A stretch of DNA of 64,000 bases, from contig JACPHR010000018.1 in assembly GCA_016188455.1 (NCBI GenBank), forward strand, positions 5,079 to 69,078, given 5' to 3'. How positions within the stretch are numbered: position 1 is the first letter of the stretch; every line of letters begins with the position of its first letter. The notes under the pieces are model-generated. The model was not told the origin of the DNA and made no database searches. It was given only the letters and a program-made list of their open reading frames with translations. Origin of the DNA: Candidatus Tayloriibacteriota bacterium. Its GTDB lineage: Bacteria > Patescibacteriota > Minisyncoccia > Phycocordibacterales > SIBU01. This document shows positions 44,470 to 53,346 of the stretch, piece after piece. A program made the position numbers and the translations under genes.

Positions 44470-45456
44470 ATGCTTAAAAAACAAAGAATTTTGGTTGCCG
44501 GCGGGGCCGGCTATGTGGGTTCAAGACTCGTTCCTGCTCTTATTAAAGACGGCCACCAAGTGACGGTTCTTGACTTGTTATGGTTTGGCAATACACTTCC
44601 CAAAAAAGTAAAAGTCATCAAAAAGGATATTTTTGATATTGACACAAACACCCTAAAGGGTTTTGACCAGGTGATTTTTTTGGCCGGCCTTTCCAATGAC
44701 CCGATGGCCGAGTATTCGCCCGCCCAAAATTTTATTTGCAACAGCGCCGCTCCGGCCTATCTCGCTTATATCGCCAAAGTCGCCGGAGTGAAACGTTTTA
44801 TCTACGCCTGTTCCGGCTCCGTCTACGGCTTCACCGAAGATAAAATTCTTGATGAGAACTCAGTTGCAGAGAGTTCGTTTCCCTACGGCATCTCCAAGAG
44901 GAAGGGCGAGTTCGGCGTGATGTATCTTCAGGACGAAACTTTTTCAGTAATCAGTTTGCGCAAAGGCACTATCTCCGGCTGGAGTCCGCGGATGCGCTTT
45001 GATCTTATCGTCAACACCATGTACATGAAAGCCCAAACGCTCGGCAAGGTTAGCATAAACAATCCGGCCATTTGGCGGCCGATTCTTGCCATTGAAGACG
45101 CGGTGGCGGCTTACCTAAAGGCGGTGGCTACGCCTCTTTCGGTGAGCGGCGTGTTCAATATTTCCTCGGGCAATTTTACCGTTGGCGCCGTGGGAGAAAA
45201 AGTCAGAGAACATTTTAAGCAAAAACACGGCCGGTCTTTGGTTGTTGAGGTTAAAAATATTCCCGACAAGCGCAATTATAAAATCTCCACCAAAAAAGCC
45301 CAAAAAATTCTCGGTTTCAAACCGACCGGCACCATAGAATCAATTCTTAAGGAATTGGACGAGCGCGTCGGCGCCGATTTCAATTTCGCCGATGAGAAGC
45401 ACTACAACATTCTGGTGTTCAAGAAAACTTTCAAAAACCGTCGTTCTAAAAATTAA
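44470..45456 (+). CDS. NAD-dependent epimerase/reductase
   Basis: GGAGYVGS, LAGLSNDP, YGISK, SPRMRFDL. Confidence 0.88.
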   Translation: MLKKQRILVAGGAGYVGSRLVPALIKDGHQVTVLDLLWFGNTLPKKVKVIKKDIFDIDTNTLKGFDQVIFLAGLSNDPMAEYSPAQNFICNSAAPAYLAYIAKVAGVKRFIYACSGSVYGFTEDKILDENSVAESSFPYGISKRKGEFGVMYLQDETFSVISLRKGTISGWSPRMRFDLIVNTMYMKAQTLGKVSINNPAIWRPILAIEDAVAAYLKAVATPLSVSGVFNISSGNFTVGAVGEKVREHFKQKHGRSLVVEVKNIPDKRNYKISTKKAQKILGFKPTGTIESILKELDERVGADFNFADEKHYNILVFKKTFKNRRSKN

Positions 45457-45474
45457 ATCAAAGTTTCTTAATAT

Positions 45475-45690
45475 TGAATTACAAAACTCTTGCCAAGAGA
45501 TTCCCTTTCCACAAGCCTCGGCTCCGGACAAGGCGCGTGGAAGCGGAAAAGGTCTCTTTCCGCGAACAATCCGCATCTTTTAAGGGTATCACCGATACCC
45601 AGAAATGGCTTTTAGCCGCTATCGCGGCTAAAAGCCATTGTTGAACATTTTATGTAGCGGGAGGTGACTGAAAAAGAATTTCGTAACTTA
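45475..45690. mobile_element. Degenerate family-A element with nested palindromes
   Basis: TGAATTACAAAACTCTT..AAGAATTTCGTAACTTA; TCCGGACAAGGCGCG core; nested GGGTATCACCGATACCC and a 36-bp hairpin at 45604-45639. Confidence 0.7.
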
Positions 45691-46395
45691 GAGTTTCTTA
45701 AACCAAAAACAGCCGCAGCCGTAACGCTCAAGGTCGGCTAGTTTCGGGTCGGCATTTCTTATGAGGCCCCCGTCCCGAGCGTCCTCCGGTATGAGCGAGA
45801 ATTCAACCAGTTTTAACTTTGAGAAATATTCCATAATTTGCCCGTAAGCATATACGCGGTGGGCGTTAAAGACGATTTTCGGTTTGCCTACCGGCGCCAC
45901 GAAAAGCAAATCGCCTTTCGGAGCGAGCACCCGCATCAGTTCGCCGATGGCTTTGAGGTCGCCGTCCGGGTCCAAGGGCTCGCCGTAGCGGCCGAGGCCG
46001 ATATGCTCTACGGTGTGCATGCATGAAAGCGATTGGACGCTGCCATCTTTAAACGGCAGAGCGGTCAGGTCGGCCGCCGCCGATTTTAGATTGTCCAACT
46101 CCAGAGCGGCTGGCCGGTAATCGTAAAATTCAACGGGGAGAAACGCCGACACGATGACGCCGAAGGTTAAAGTTGAAGATATGTCAGTGTGCGTTTTCGG
46201 TTTGGTTTCCGCCAGCACCCGCGCCGCCCACGCCGGATGATAGACGTAATGCCGGTCAAAACCGGTTTGCTTGGTCTTGTCGCCCAAGCAAGGCTTTCGC
46301 TCGTTCCAATCCATGGCAAAACGCTCGTTGCCGAACGACTTGAATTTTCGCCAGTTGCTTAAAAACTCCAAATATTTTAGATATTGCCGCATCAA
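45688..46395 (-). CDS. DUF268-like/methyltransferase-fold protein
   Basis: FDRHYVYHPAWAAR, SLSCMHTVEHIGLGRYG, FNAHRVY. Confidence 0.75.
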   Translation of the reverse strand: MMRQYLKYLEFLSNWRKFKSFGNERFAMDWNERKPCLGDKTKQTGFDRHYVYHPAWAARVLAETKPKTHTDISSTLTFGVIVSAFLPVEFYDYRPAALELDNLKSAAADLTALPFKDGSVQSLSCMHTVEHIGLGRYGEPLDPDGDLKAIGELMRVLAPKGDLLFVAPVGKPKIVFNAHRVYAYGQIMEYFSKLKLVEFSLIPEDARDGGLIRNADPKLADLERYGCGCFWFKKL

Positions 46396-47354
46396 TTTTT
46401 GCTCAATATTAGCGCCAGTATTTTCGGGTGTTTTCTGGCGAATCTGACGGAGATTCTTTTCAGCTTTTCTCTGAAGGGCACGGTCAGCGCGCCGGTTTTG
46501 CCGACGGGCGTATTTTTGAGGCGGATAGGCGAGCGGTCAAGCGTATTATACCAGCTTTTGCTTCCCGCCTCGCTTTTAATGTATAGGGCGTCGCGCGGGT
46601 CCAGCAAATCCAAATAAGGCATAATCATTTTGGTGGCCATGAGCGACACCTCGTTTTCTTTTTTTGCTTCGCGGGTGAAAAGGGAATCGGTGCCGTAGCG
46701 GTGATAGTAGAAGCTGTTCGGCATGACCGCGAATTTGGCGCCGGCGGCCAGGCATTTTAGAGTGAAGCCCCAAGCCTCGTGCAGGCCCTTGCCGTATTCC
46801 CAAACGCCGCCGACGGTTTGCCAAAGGGCTTTGGTGAACATATAATTTCCGCCGGGGCCGGGATTGATGTCGCCCGCCAGAAAATCGGCAAAAGTTAAAA
46901 CACCCGGGCGGCAAAGCCACTTGTGGGTAATTTTTTTCTTGCCGTTTTTTTCTTCTCGAAAATAGCGGTACTCGGCGAAGCCTGCCATGTCGGCCTTTTC
47001 GGCAATCATGCAGGTTTTTAGTTTGGGCACGCTTGCCGGCGCCAAGACATCGTCGGCGTAGAGGTTAAAAATAATTGGATTTTTGGCGGCGGCGTAAGCG
47101 ATATTTCGGGCCGCCGGACAGCCTCTGTTTTCCTTACTTACGATGATTTCAATGAAGGGGTATTTTTTTCGGAGCTCTTCAAGTATCAGAAGGGTATCGT
47201 CGGTCGAGCCGTCATCCACGACGATAAGCTCGTCTCCGGTCCCGAAATTGCCGTTCATGATGGACTCCACCGATTCCGCGACAGTGCCGCCAGCGTTGTA
47301 CGCTGGCATGCAAAAGCTTATGCGGTCTTCGTTTTTTATTTTAGGACCGATCAT
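46392..47354 (-). CDS. GT2 glycosyltransferase
   Basis: MPAYN, VDDGSTD, NRG..ARN, ADD. Confidence 0.85.
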   Translation of the reverse strand: MIGPKIKNEDRISFCMPAYNAGGTVAESVESIMNGNFGTGDELIVVDDGSTDDTLLILEELRKKYPFIEIIVSKENRGCPAARNIAYAAAKNPIIFNLYADDVLAPASVPKLKTCMIAEKADMAGFAEYRYFREEKNGKKKITHKWLCRPGVLTFADFLAGDINPGPGGNYMFTKALWQTVGGVWEYGKGLHEAWGFTLKCLAAGAKFAVMPNSFYYHRYGTDSLFTREAKKENEVSLMATKMIMPYLDLLDPRDALYIKSEAGSKSWYNTLDRSPIRLKNTPVGKTGALTVPFREKLKRISVRFARKHPKILALILSKN

Positions 47355-48219
47355 TGTTGGTGTTCATGAGTACGTCTTCGAGCTTCTTTTTAGGAAAGAC
47401 GTCAAGCAGGCTGCCGGGCGTGCAGTTTACGATACTCGCGCCTCTCTTGTCGCAATACCGTTTTAGCTTCTTGTATATTCGCCACAGGTTGACTTGCGAT
47501 TGCAGGACGAATTCAAAATCCTTGTTCCACTCGTTATAGTTGGCTTGGGTCAAAGCGCTCTTCTTCTCGTCGTAAAAATGCCGAGTTTCGCCGTAGTGGA
47601 GAATCCAGTCGTGGTCGGCGCCCACGAGACAGAGGTTTTTCGCTCCCATATAGAGCGCGATATAGAGGGCGGTGTGGGGACTGGTTTGGATGAGCAGCAG
47701 TTGTTTGGCGAGGTCAATGGTCATGTTCTCGCTCGGTTCTTTCGTGCCGGTGAGGTAGTAATAGACCCGCTGTTTTTTGAAGAGCCGATATTTATCAACG
47801 ACCACTTTGTCCGTCAGGCCGATGAAAACTTTCTGGCCCTCGGGCATGTGTTTTTCAGCGTCCTCAAACCACGCTTTATACTGCTCGTAACTGATGGGGG
47901 AATGTGAGGCGGTGAAAATGTGATACTCGGGCTTGATGACGTTGAAATCCGGATGCAGGAAAAAATTGCTTACGCTTATACAAAACTCGCCCTCAAGCTT
48001 TTTCAGGTCCATCTTGTTGATGGACGGGCCGGTGGCCAGAATAAAACAACGTTTGCCCGGGGCAGAATTTTTGAGCAGTTTGTTCGGTCTTAAAACCTCT
48101 CGGTTTTTGTAATAAAACCGCCATTGCTTGAACTTATTCCGCCATGTTTGAAGCCAGCCGCTGGCTTTTGTCAAACTCGGCCCCACCAGAGTATTTTGTT
48201 TGAGAGCTTCTTTTATCAT
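47341..48219 (-). CDS. DUF115/Maf-like protein
   Basis: RCFILATGPSI, ALYMG, LVGADH, HFY, NCT..S.LDVF. Confidence 0.7.
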   Translation of the reverse strand: MIKEALKQNTLVGPSLTKASGWLQTWRNKFKQWRFYYKNREVLRPNKLLKNSAPGKRCFILATGPSINKMDLKKLEGEFCISVSNFFLHPDFNVIKPEYHIFTASHSPISYEQYKAWFEDAEKHMPEGQKVFIGLTDKVVVDKYRLFKKQRVYYYLTGTKEPSENMTIDLAKQLLLIQTSPHTALYIALYMGAKNLCLVGADHDWILHYGETRHFYDEKKSALTQANYNEWNKDFEFVLQSQVNLWRIYKKLKRYCDKRGASIVNCTPGSLLDVFPKKKLEDVLMNTNNDRS

Positions 48220-48341
48220 CCCGTTAGAGGCAAGTCGCGATCAACCCGCGCTGTGGGTAGTTACTTTTGTTAATAATGATAGGACGGCAACACATAACAG
48301 TTCTAGCTTCTTCTTAAACCGTGACCGCGGCCTCTAACGGG
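48220..48341. mobile_element. Family-B element (122 bp)
   Basis: CCCGTTAGAGG..CCTCTAACGGG; abuts the start codon at 48219; encodes the C-terminal PVRGRGHGLRRS* of the upstream gene. Confidence 0.88.
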
Positions 48342-49130
48342 ATTCATGCCGAAAATATACAGGCCGGTCGCGCCGCTCCACTTTGAATCGTGGCGGAGGG
48401 TCAGCACGTGGCTTTTAATCCAGAGCATAAAGTTTTTTATCGCCTTCTCCTTGCGCCTTAGGCCCATGTCGGAGAGCACGTTGGGCAAGCGGTGGCTAAA
48501 ATCTTTAATGAGTTTAGTACCCTGCGCCCACTCAAAGTCAAAGGTTTTCCAGACGAGTTTCAGGTTGAGAGCCTTTGCCCAGCCCGCAAATTCAATCGGC
48601 GTGAGATAGTGAAGGTCGGCGAGCGTAATGGGAGCGTCAAAAAGAAAACGCAAGGTCTGAAGGATGTAGCCGCGCGGATTGGTCCAGTTGGGACTGGTAA
48701 TGATTATGGAACCTCCCGGGTTTAGATGTTTTTTGAATAATTTGAGGGCGGCCAGCGGTTTATCCATGTGCTCCAATGTGCCGAGCGACATGACAATATC
48801 GTATCGGCCTCGGTGATTTTTTACGTCTTCCGTTCGGTATTCAAGATTGGGCGCCGCGTAAGTTCTGCGGGCTTGCCGGATGCCGTCGCGGCTAAAGTCA
48901 ATGCCCACCACCTTCTTGGCGCCCGAGCGCGCGGCGAGCGCCGCCATGAGCCCGGTGCCGCAGCCGACGTCAAGCACGCTCTTGCCTTGCCACTTGACGG
49001 CCTTTCTCACTTCGGCCTCGTCAATCGGCAGGCGAGCCTTTTCCCCGAAGAGCAGTTTCGTGTAGTGCTTTTTCTCACCGCGCCGATAGACCGAATTGTA
49101 GAATGCCGCAAGGTCTTTGTTTTTTCTCAT
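48303..49130 (-). CDS. Class I SAM-dependent methyltransferase
   Basis: VLDVGCGTG, GIDFS, GTLEH, LNPGG. Confidence 0.85.
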   Translation of the reverse strand: MRKNKDLAAFYNSVYRRGEKKHYTKLLFGEKARLPIDEAEVRKAVKWQGKSVLDVGCGTGLMAALAARSGAKKVVGIDFSRDGIRQARRTYAAPNLEYRTEDVKNHRGRYDIVMSLGTLEHMDKPLAALKLFKKHLNPGGSIIITSPNWTNPRGYILQTLRFLFDAPITLADLHYLTPIEFAGWAKALNLKLVWKTFDFEWAQGTKLIKDFSHRLPNVLSDMGLRRKEKAIKNFMLWIKSHVLTLRHDSKWSGATGLYIFGMNPVRGRGHGLRRS

Positions 49131-49135
49131 AGATT

Positions 49136-51031
49136 TTACAGACCGTATTTTTTTAATCTTTTAAGGGCCGTAATAAAACCCTCGCCGTTGTAGTGGTGGC
49201 CCATCCAGATTTCCGGTGCCATGGTCACGTTTGTTCTAAGAATTTCCGGCATCAATATTTTCCACGGGACATCACCGTCGCCCACTTGAATACCCTCGCC
49301 GTCGGTGCCGATGCCGTCCGAGAGGTGAATATGTTTGACCAACGGTTTGAGGGTTTTGAAGAATGCTAACGGATCTTTCTTCGCAAAGGTGCAATACAGT
49401 TGAGCGTGGCTGGTGTCGTAACAAAGCGAGTAGCCGTATTTTTTGGCGAATAGATAAATTTCTTCAGCGTCGGTGAATGTGTTTGAGAACCAGGCGCCGC
49501 CTTTGTACCACGGGAAGGGCGGCAAGTTCTCTAAAAGAAGCTCAATGCCGGTTTGGTCCAGCTTTTTGAGGCCGTGGCCGAGCCGCGTATACATTTTTGC
49601 CCGTTCTTTTTTAGTGGCGAATTGGTTATAGCTCATGCCGCCGGTGTGAAGCGCCACTTTCACTTTTGGCGGCGTTTTCCCGAAATATTTTCTAATCTCA
49701 CGGACTTTCTTAAGGAAGTCGTTTATGTGTTTGATTGAAGCCCTTACCGTTTCCTTGTCGTCGGAGCAGAAATCCAAAAGTTTGTCGTCCCATAACTCAG
49801 GCGCGTGGGCCACGAGCTCAAGCTCTGGATGATTTTTGAAAACCATCGGGTGGCCGAGGTCGTGGGAGCTGAAATGAAATTCCACAAATGAAGGCTTGAG
49901 TCCCGAAATCATGTTTTCAAAATCGTGCGGCCGGACAATGAGTCCCCATTTTCGTTTTGAGCTGAAAGCGCGGTCATGCTTTTTCTTACCGAGGTCTTCT
50001 TCCGTGAAGTAGCCGTCTTTGGCGATGTCTCTTCTGGCTTTTTGCCCCACCAGTTCGTACAGCTTCTGCGGCGAAAGGCCTTTGGCCGGACTCTTGGCCG
50101 CTATCATCTCGCGGGTCAGGGTTTCTCCGGCTTTAACGGCCTTGGCCGCCACCAGGCTTTTGCCGAGAATTTTCCGATTGATGAATTCTCCCATGGTCAT
50201 GAATTTTTTGTCGCTTTGCAGCGCTTCCTCAATTCGGCGGATGTCGCGGACGAGCCTTATGATGCCGGCTGGCTCGAGCGAGATGGCATGGTCCGGTCCG
50301 GTCATTGTCCGGTCAAGGGTGATGTGGCGCTCAATCACTTTGGCCCCCAGGGGGACGGCCGCCATTGAAATGGCCAGTCCGAGCTCATGTCCTGAATAAC
50401 CGACGACACAATCAAACTTTGCCTTAAGCACCTCTATGAACTTCAGGTTAGCGTCTTTGGCGGCGGCGGGGTAGGCACTGTTGCAGTGAAGGAGAATGTA
50501 CTCCGCGCCGAGCTTGTTAAGATGCGACACAGTCGCTTCAATTTCTTCAAGCGAGGACATGCCGGTTGAAAGGATCATGGGCTTTTTCTTTGAAGCGACG
50601 TATTCGATAAGCTCAAAATTGACTAAGTCGGCCGAGGCGAGTTTGTAGGCGGGCACGTCGAGCTTTTCCAAAATGTCCACGCTCGCGATGTCCCACGGCG
50701 TGCAGAGAAACATAATGCCTTTCTCTTTGGCGTAGCGGGCGAGCATCTTGAAATTTTCATCCGACAGGGTGGCTTCGCGGATGAGGGAGAGGATGTACTG
50801 CGAAGCGATGTCTTCATGTTTCGTATTGTTAAAGGCCTTATCGGTGTAGAGGGTTTTGAAATCGCGCATCTGGAATTTCACCGCGTCGGCTTTTGCCTCA
50901 ACGGCCAGGTCAATCAGCTTTTTGGCGAGCTCAATCCGGCCGTTATGATTGATGCCCGCTTCGGCAATGATAAAAGCCGGGTGTCCGTCACCGATTAGCC
51001 GGTTGCCGATTTTGATTGTTTTGTTTTTCAT
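49136..51031 (-). CDS. neuB: NeuB-family nonulosonate synthase fused to SAF and xylose-isomerase-like TIM barrel domains
   Basis: IAEAGINHNG, VKFQ, KLASAD, LSTGM, HCNSAYP, GYSGHE, ERHITLD..GPDH; C-term ENLPPFPW, DTSH, HIHLSD, PEIW. Confidence 0.9.
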   Translation of the reverse strand: MKNKTIKIGNRLIGDGHPAFIIAEAGINHNGRIELAKKLIDLAVEAKADAVKFQMRDFKTLYTDKAFNNTKHEDIASQYILSLIREATLSDENFKMLARYAKEKGIMFLCTPWDIASVDILEKLDVPAYKLASADLVNFELIEYVASKKKPMILSTGMSSLEEIEATVSHLNKLGAEYILLHCNSAYPAAAKDANLKFIEVLKAKFDCVVGYSGHELGLAISMAAVPLGAKVIERHITLDRTMTGPDHAISLEPAGIIRLVRDIRRIEEALQSDKKFMTMGEFINRKILGKSLVAAKAVKAGETLTREMIAAKSPAKGLSPQKLYELVGQKARRDIAKDGYFTEEDLGKKKHDRAFSSKRKWGLIVRPHDFENMISGLKPSFVEFHFSSHDLGHPMVFKNHPELELVAHAPELWDDKLLDFCSDDKETVRASIKHINDFLKKVREIRKYFGKTPPKVKVALHTGGMSYNQFATKKERAKMYTRLGHGLKKLDQTGIELLLENLPPFPWYKGGAWFSNTFTDAEEIYLFAKKYGYSLCYDTSHAQLYCTFAKKDPLAFFKTLKPLVKHIHLSDGIGTDGEGIQVGDGDVPWKILMPEILRTNVTMAPEIWMGHHYNGEGFITALKRLKKYGL

Positions 51032-51132
51032 CCCGTTAGAAGTTTAGTAACTAATGGAAAGTGATAGTATATTAAAAGTAGCTATTCGTCCAACCCGTTT
51101 TCAAAAAAGATACCGGCTGCGCTTCTAACGGG
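51032..51132. mobile_element. Family-B element (101 bp)
   Basis: CCCGTTAGAAG..CTTCTAACGGG; abuts the neuB start codon; minus-strand flanks GTGAAT/ATGAAA. Confidence 0.88.
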
Positions 51133-51161
51133 ATTCACGCGGCGTGTCATATGTATAACGT

Positions 51162-52259
51162 TCAAACTTGGAGCGATGTTTCAGAGGCCGCTTTAGGTAT
51201 GTTCAACACCGCCATTATCCGGTCGCAAAAATAGGCTGGAGAGAATTGTCCGAATCGGCCGGTTTCAAGATACGTCTGTCCAGCGCTAATCATTTTTCGG
51301 TATTCTTCTTCGGTGACGCTTTTCAAATATTTCGCCAGGGCGGCGTCGCTCTTGAAACGGCGGCGGTCGACGAACGCTTCCCGGTCAACATAGGTTTCTA
51401 TATTGGAAGCTCCCCAATAGATCGGCACGGTGCCGGCTTGAATGGTATCAAATATTTTCTCTGTTATATAGCCCTTGGTGCCGGAGAGGTTTTCGTAGCA
51501 CAGGGCGAATTTATAACGGGACAGCGTCTCCATTTTGTCTTGGCTCACGCCGCGCCAGCAGGCGAACTTGGGTATCAGCGCCGGGAAGTATTTTTGCCAG
51601 CGCGAGGTCGGCGTGTGCCACCTCGCACCGAACAGGTCAAAATCGTCAGGGTAGTGCGAATCGAAATAAGCGCTGGTTTTTGCCCTCGCGGAGTACAGTT
51701 CGCGCGGCCTTGGATAGTAGCGGTTGGCCGACATGTTGACGAGCAGTTTTTTTTCTTCAAACGGCAAAGGGTTTTTCCGCGGCGGCCTCGTCGGGGTCGG
51801 CAGGAAAAATTTAAAAAACTTTTTGTCGTCCACAAGGTCGTCGTCCCAGGTGAAGATGGTTTTAAATTTGTCCCACACCCGAGGGCTGTAGTTTAGCGGG
51901 TTGTTCACTTTTCCTTCCCAAAGGATAAGCGCCATTTTATCCCCCATGTTTTTTTGGAGCGCTTCCTCGTAGAGCGGCCGCACCGGCCAGCCGCGGCGGT
52001 CTTTGATGCCGAGGATTTTTTTGAAAAATTCTTTGATTCCGTATGCCGGCTGGTCCAACCCGAGGCTTGACGAATCAAAAAATAATATCCAGGCGCAGTC
52101 ATCCAGGGGGTTGTCGTCCGCCGTCATGAGGTTATAGCCACGTAACGCCAACCGCCGTTTCAGTTCGCGCCACGGCTCGTTCATGCCGTTTTTGTCGGGG
52201 CCAAAGATGGCGTTGTGGGCCAGGGATTTGTGCGACACATGAAGAAGGATTTTTTTCAT
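51162..52259 (-). CDS. GT10 alpha-1,3/4-fucosyltransferase-like protein
   Basis: YKFALCYEN..GYITEKIFD..AGTVPIYWG. Confidence 0.88.
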   Translation of the reverse strand: MKKILLHVSHKSLAHNAIFGPDKNGMNEPWRELKRRLALRGYNLMTADDNPLDDCAWILFFDSSSLGLDQPAYGIKEFFKKILGIKDRRGWPVRPLYEEALQKNMGDKMALILWEGKVNNPLNYSPRVWDKFKTIFTWDDDLVDDKKFFKFFLPTPTRPPRKNPLPFEEKKLLVNMSANRYYPRPRELYSARAKTSAYFDSHYPDDFDLFGARWHTPTSRWQKYFPALIPKFACWRGVSQDKMETLSRYKFALCYENLSGTKGYITEKIFDTIQAGTVPIYWGASNIETYVDREAFVDRRRFKSDAALAKYLKSVTEEEYRKMISAGQTYLETGRFGQFSPAYFCDRIMAVLNIPKAASETSLQV

Positions 52260-53200
52260 AGCGGTTTTTTCTTTAACGGCAGCGGTTTCCAAATGATGAT
52301 GGAATAGCCCTCAATAAACTGGCTGCCGATGCGGGTTCTTTTGGCTTCAATGATTTTGATTTTCTTTGCTTTTTCCAATTCTCTCAAATAATCAAGAAAG
52401 CCCTCCAGGTAATTTCTTTTTCTGAAGTATTTAATTGACAGGTTGTCAATCAGCCGGTCTTCGTTCAGCAATTCGGCGATCGGTTCAACGTGCAAGCAAA
52501 GCGCCGGTTGATTTTGGAGGAGATATGAAACAAAGGCCTTATATTTTATGCCAACTTGTTCCAGCGCCGCTGCGGTATAGATTGCCGAGTGGGCGGCCAG
52601 CTTGATTTTTTTGTTCGGCTTGAAAAAATCAAAATTATAACCTTTGATGTTTTTCACTAAATGAGCGTCAGCCATTTGCTTGATGATTCTTTGCGACGAT
52701 TTCGCCCAATCAAGACCGAAGAGGTTGGCGGACGGATTAACTTCGCGCGCCCTAAGAAGGTTGTGGCCGGTGCCGCAGCCGAACTCGTAGATATTCTCAG
52801 ATTTTCTCAAGTATTTATCAAAAACGTAATCAAGAATGACATAAAGCATATTTCTTTCGTAATTTGGCGAGGCGGCTCTGATGAACTTTTGGTCTAGCCG
52901 GTTAACCGGGTATTTGCCGTGGTAGCGGGGGAATACGGCATCAGCGGTTTTTTCTTTTCGGAGTCGCGTGAGATTTTGTCCCCAGCCTTTTTCCCACTGT
53001 TTCAACCGATGCGGCCCTGAATAAACCAAAGACGGGTCAAGCAGGGTGTTGATAATCTTGATGAAAACTTGTTCTTCCTCGCGTGTACTGAGCGGGCAAT
53101 AGGCCAGCTTGTAGCCGGCGATTTTATGTTTGACGTAGCCGCTCAATTTTTCACGCCAGAGCTTCTCTATCTCTTTGTAGCCTAGACGGACTTTTTTCAT
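52256..53200 (-). CDS. Class I SAM-dependent methyltransferase
   Basis: IYEFGCGTGHNL, GLDW, FDFF, ALEQ, HVEP; start reset to 53200. Confidence 0.75.
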   Translation of the reverse strand: MKKVRLGYKEIEKLWREKLSGYVKHKIAGYKLAYCPLSTREEEQVFIKIINTLLDPSLVYSGPHRLKQWEKGWGQNLTRLRKEKTADAVFPRYHGKYPVNRLDQKFIRAASPNYERNMLYVILDYVFDKYLRKSENIYEFGCGTGHNLLRAREVNPSANLFGLDWAKSSQRIIKQMADAHLVKNIKGYNFDFFKPNKKIKLAAHSAIYTAAALEQVGIKYKAFVSYLLQNQPALCLHVEPIAELLNEDRLIDNLSIKYFRKRNYLEGFLDYLRELEKAKKIKIIEAKRTRIGSQFIEGYSIIIWKPLPLKKKPL

Positions 53201-53229
53201 TCGCAGTATCATACAGGATTGACGATTGT

Positions 53230-53258
53230 TTGACAAGTGTTGATAAATATGATAACTT
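53230..53258 (+). promoter_or_regulatory. Sigma70 promoter
   Basis: TTGACA-17-TAACTT with extended TG. Confidence 0.6.
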
Positions 53259-53346
53259 ACTATCCAGACAGAAACGGCGGCGCTTTTGCGGGTGCAGAAT
53301 ACGTTTGCTGTAGGGGATAAATTTGAAATCAAAAGAAAGGTTACCG

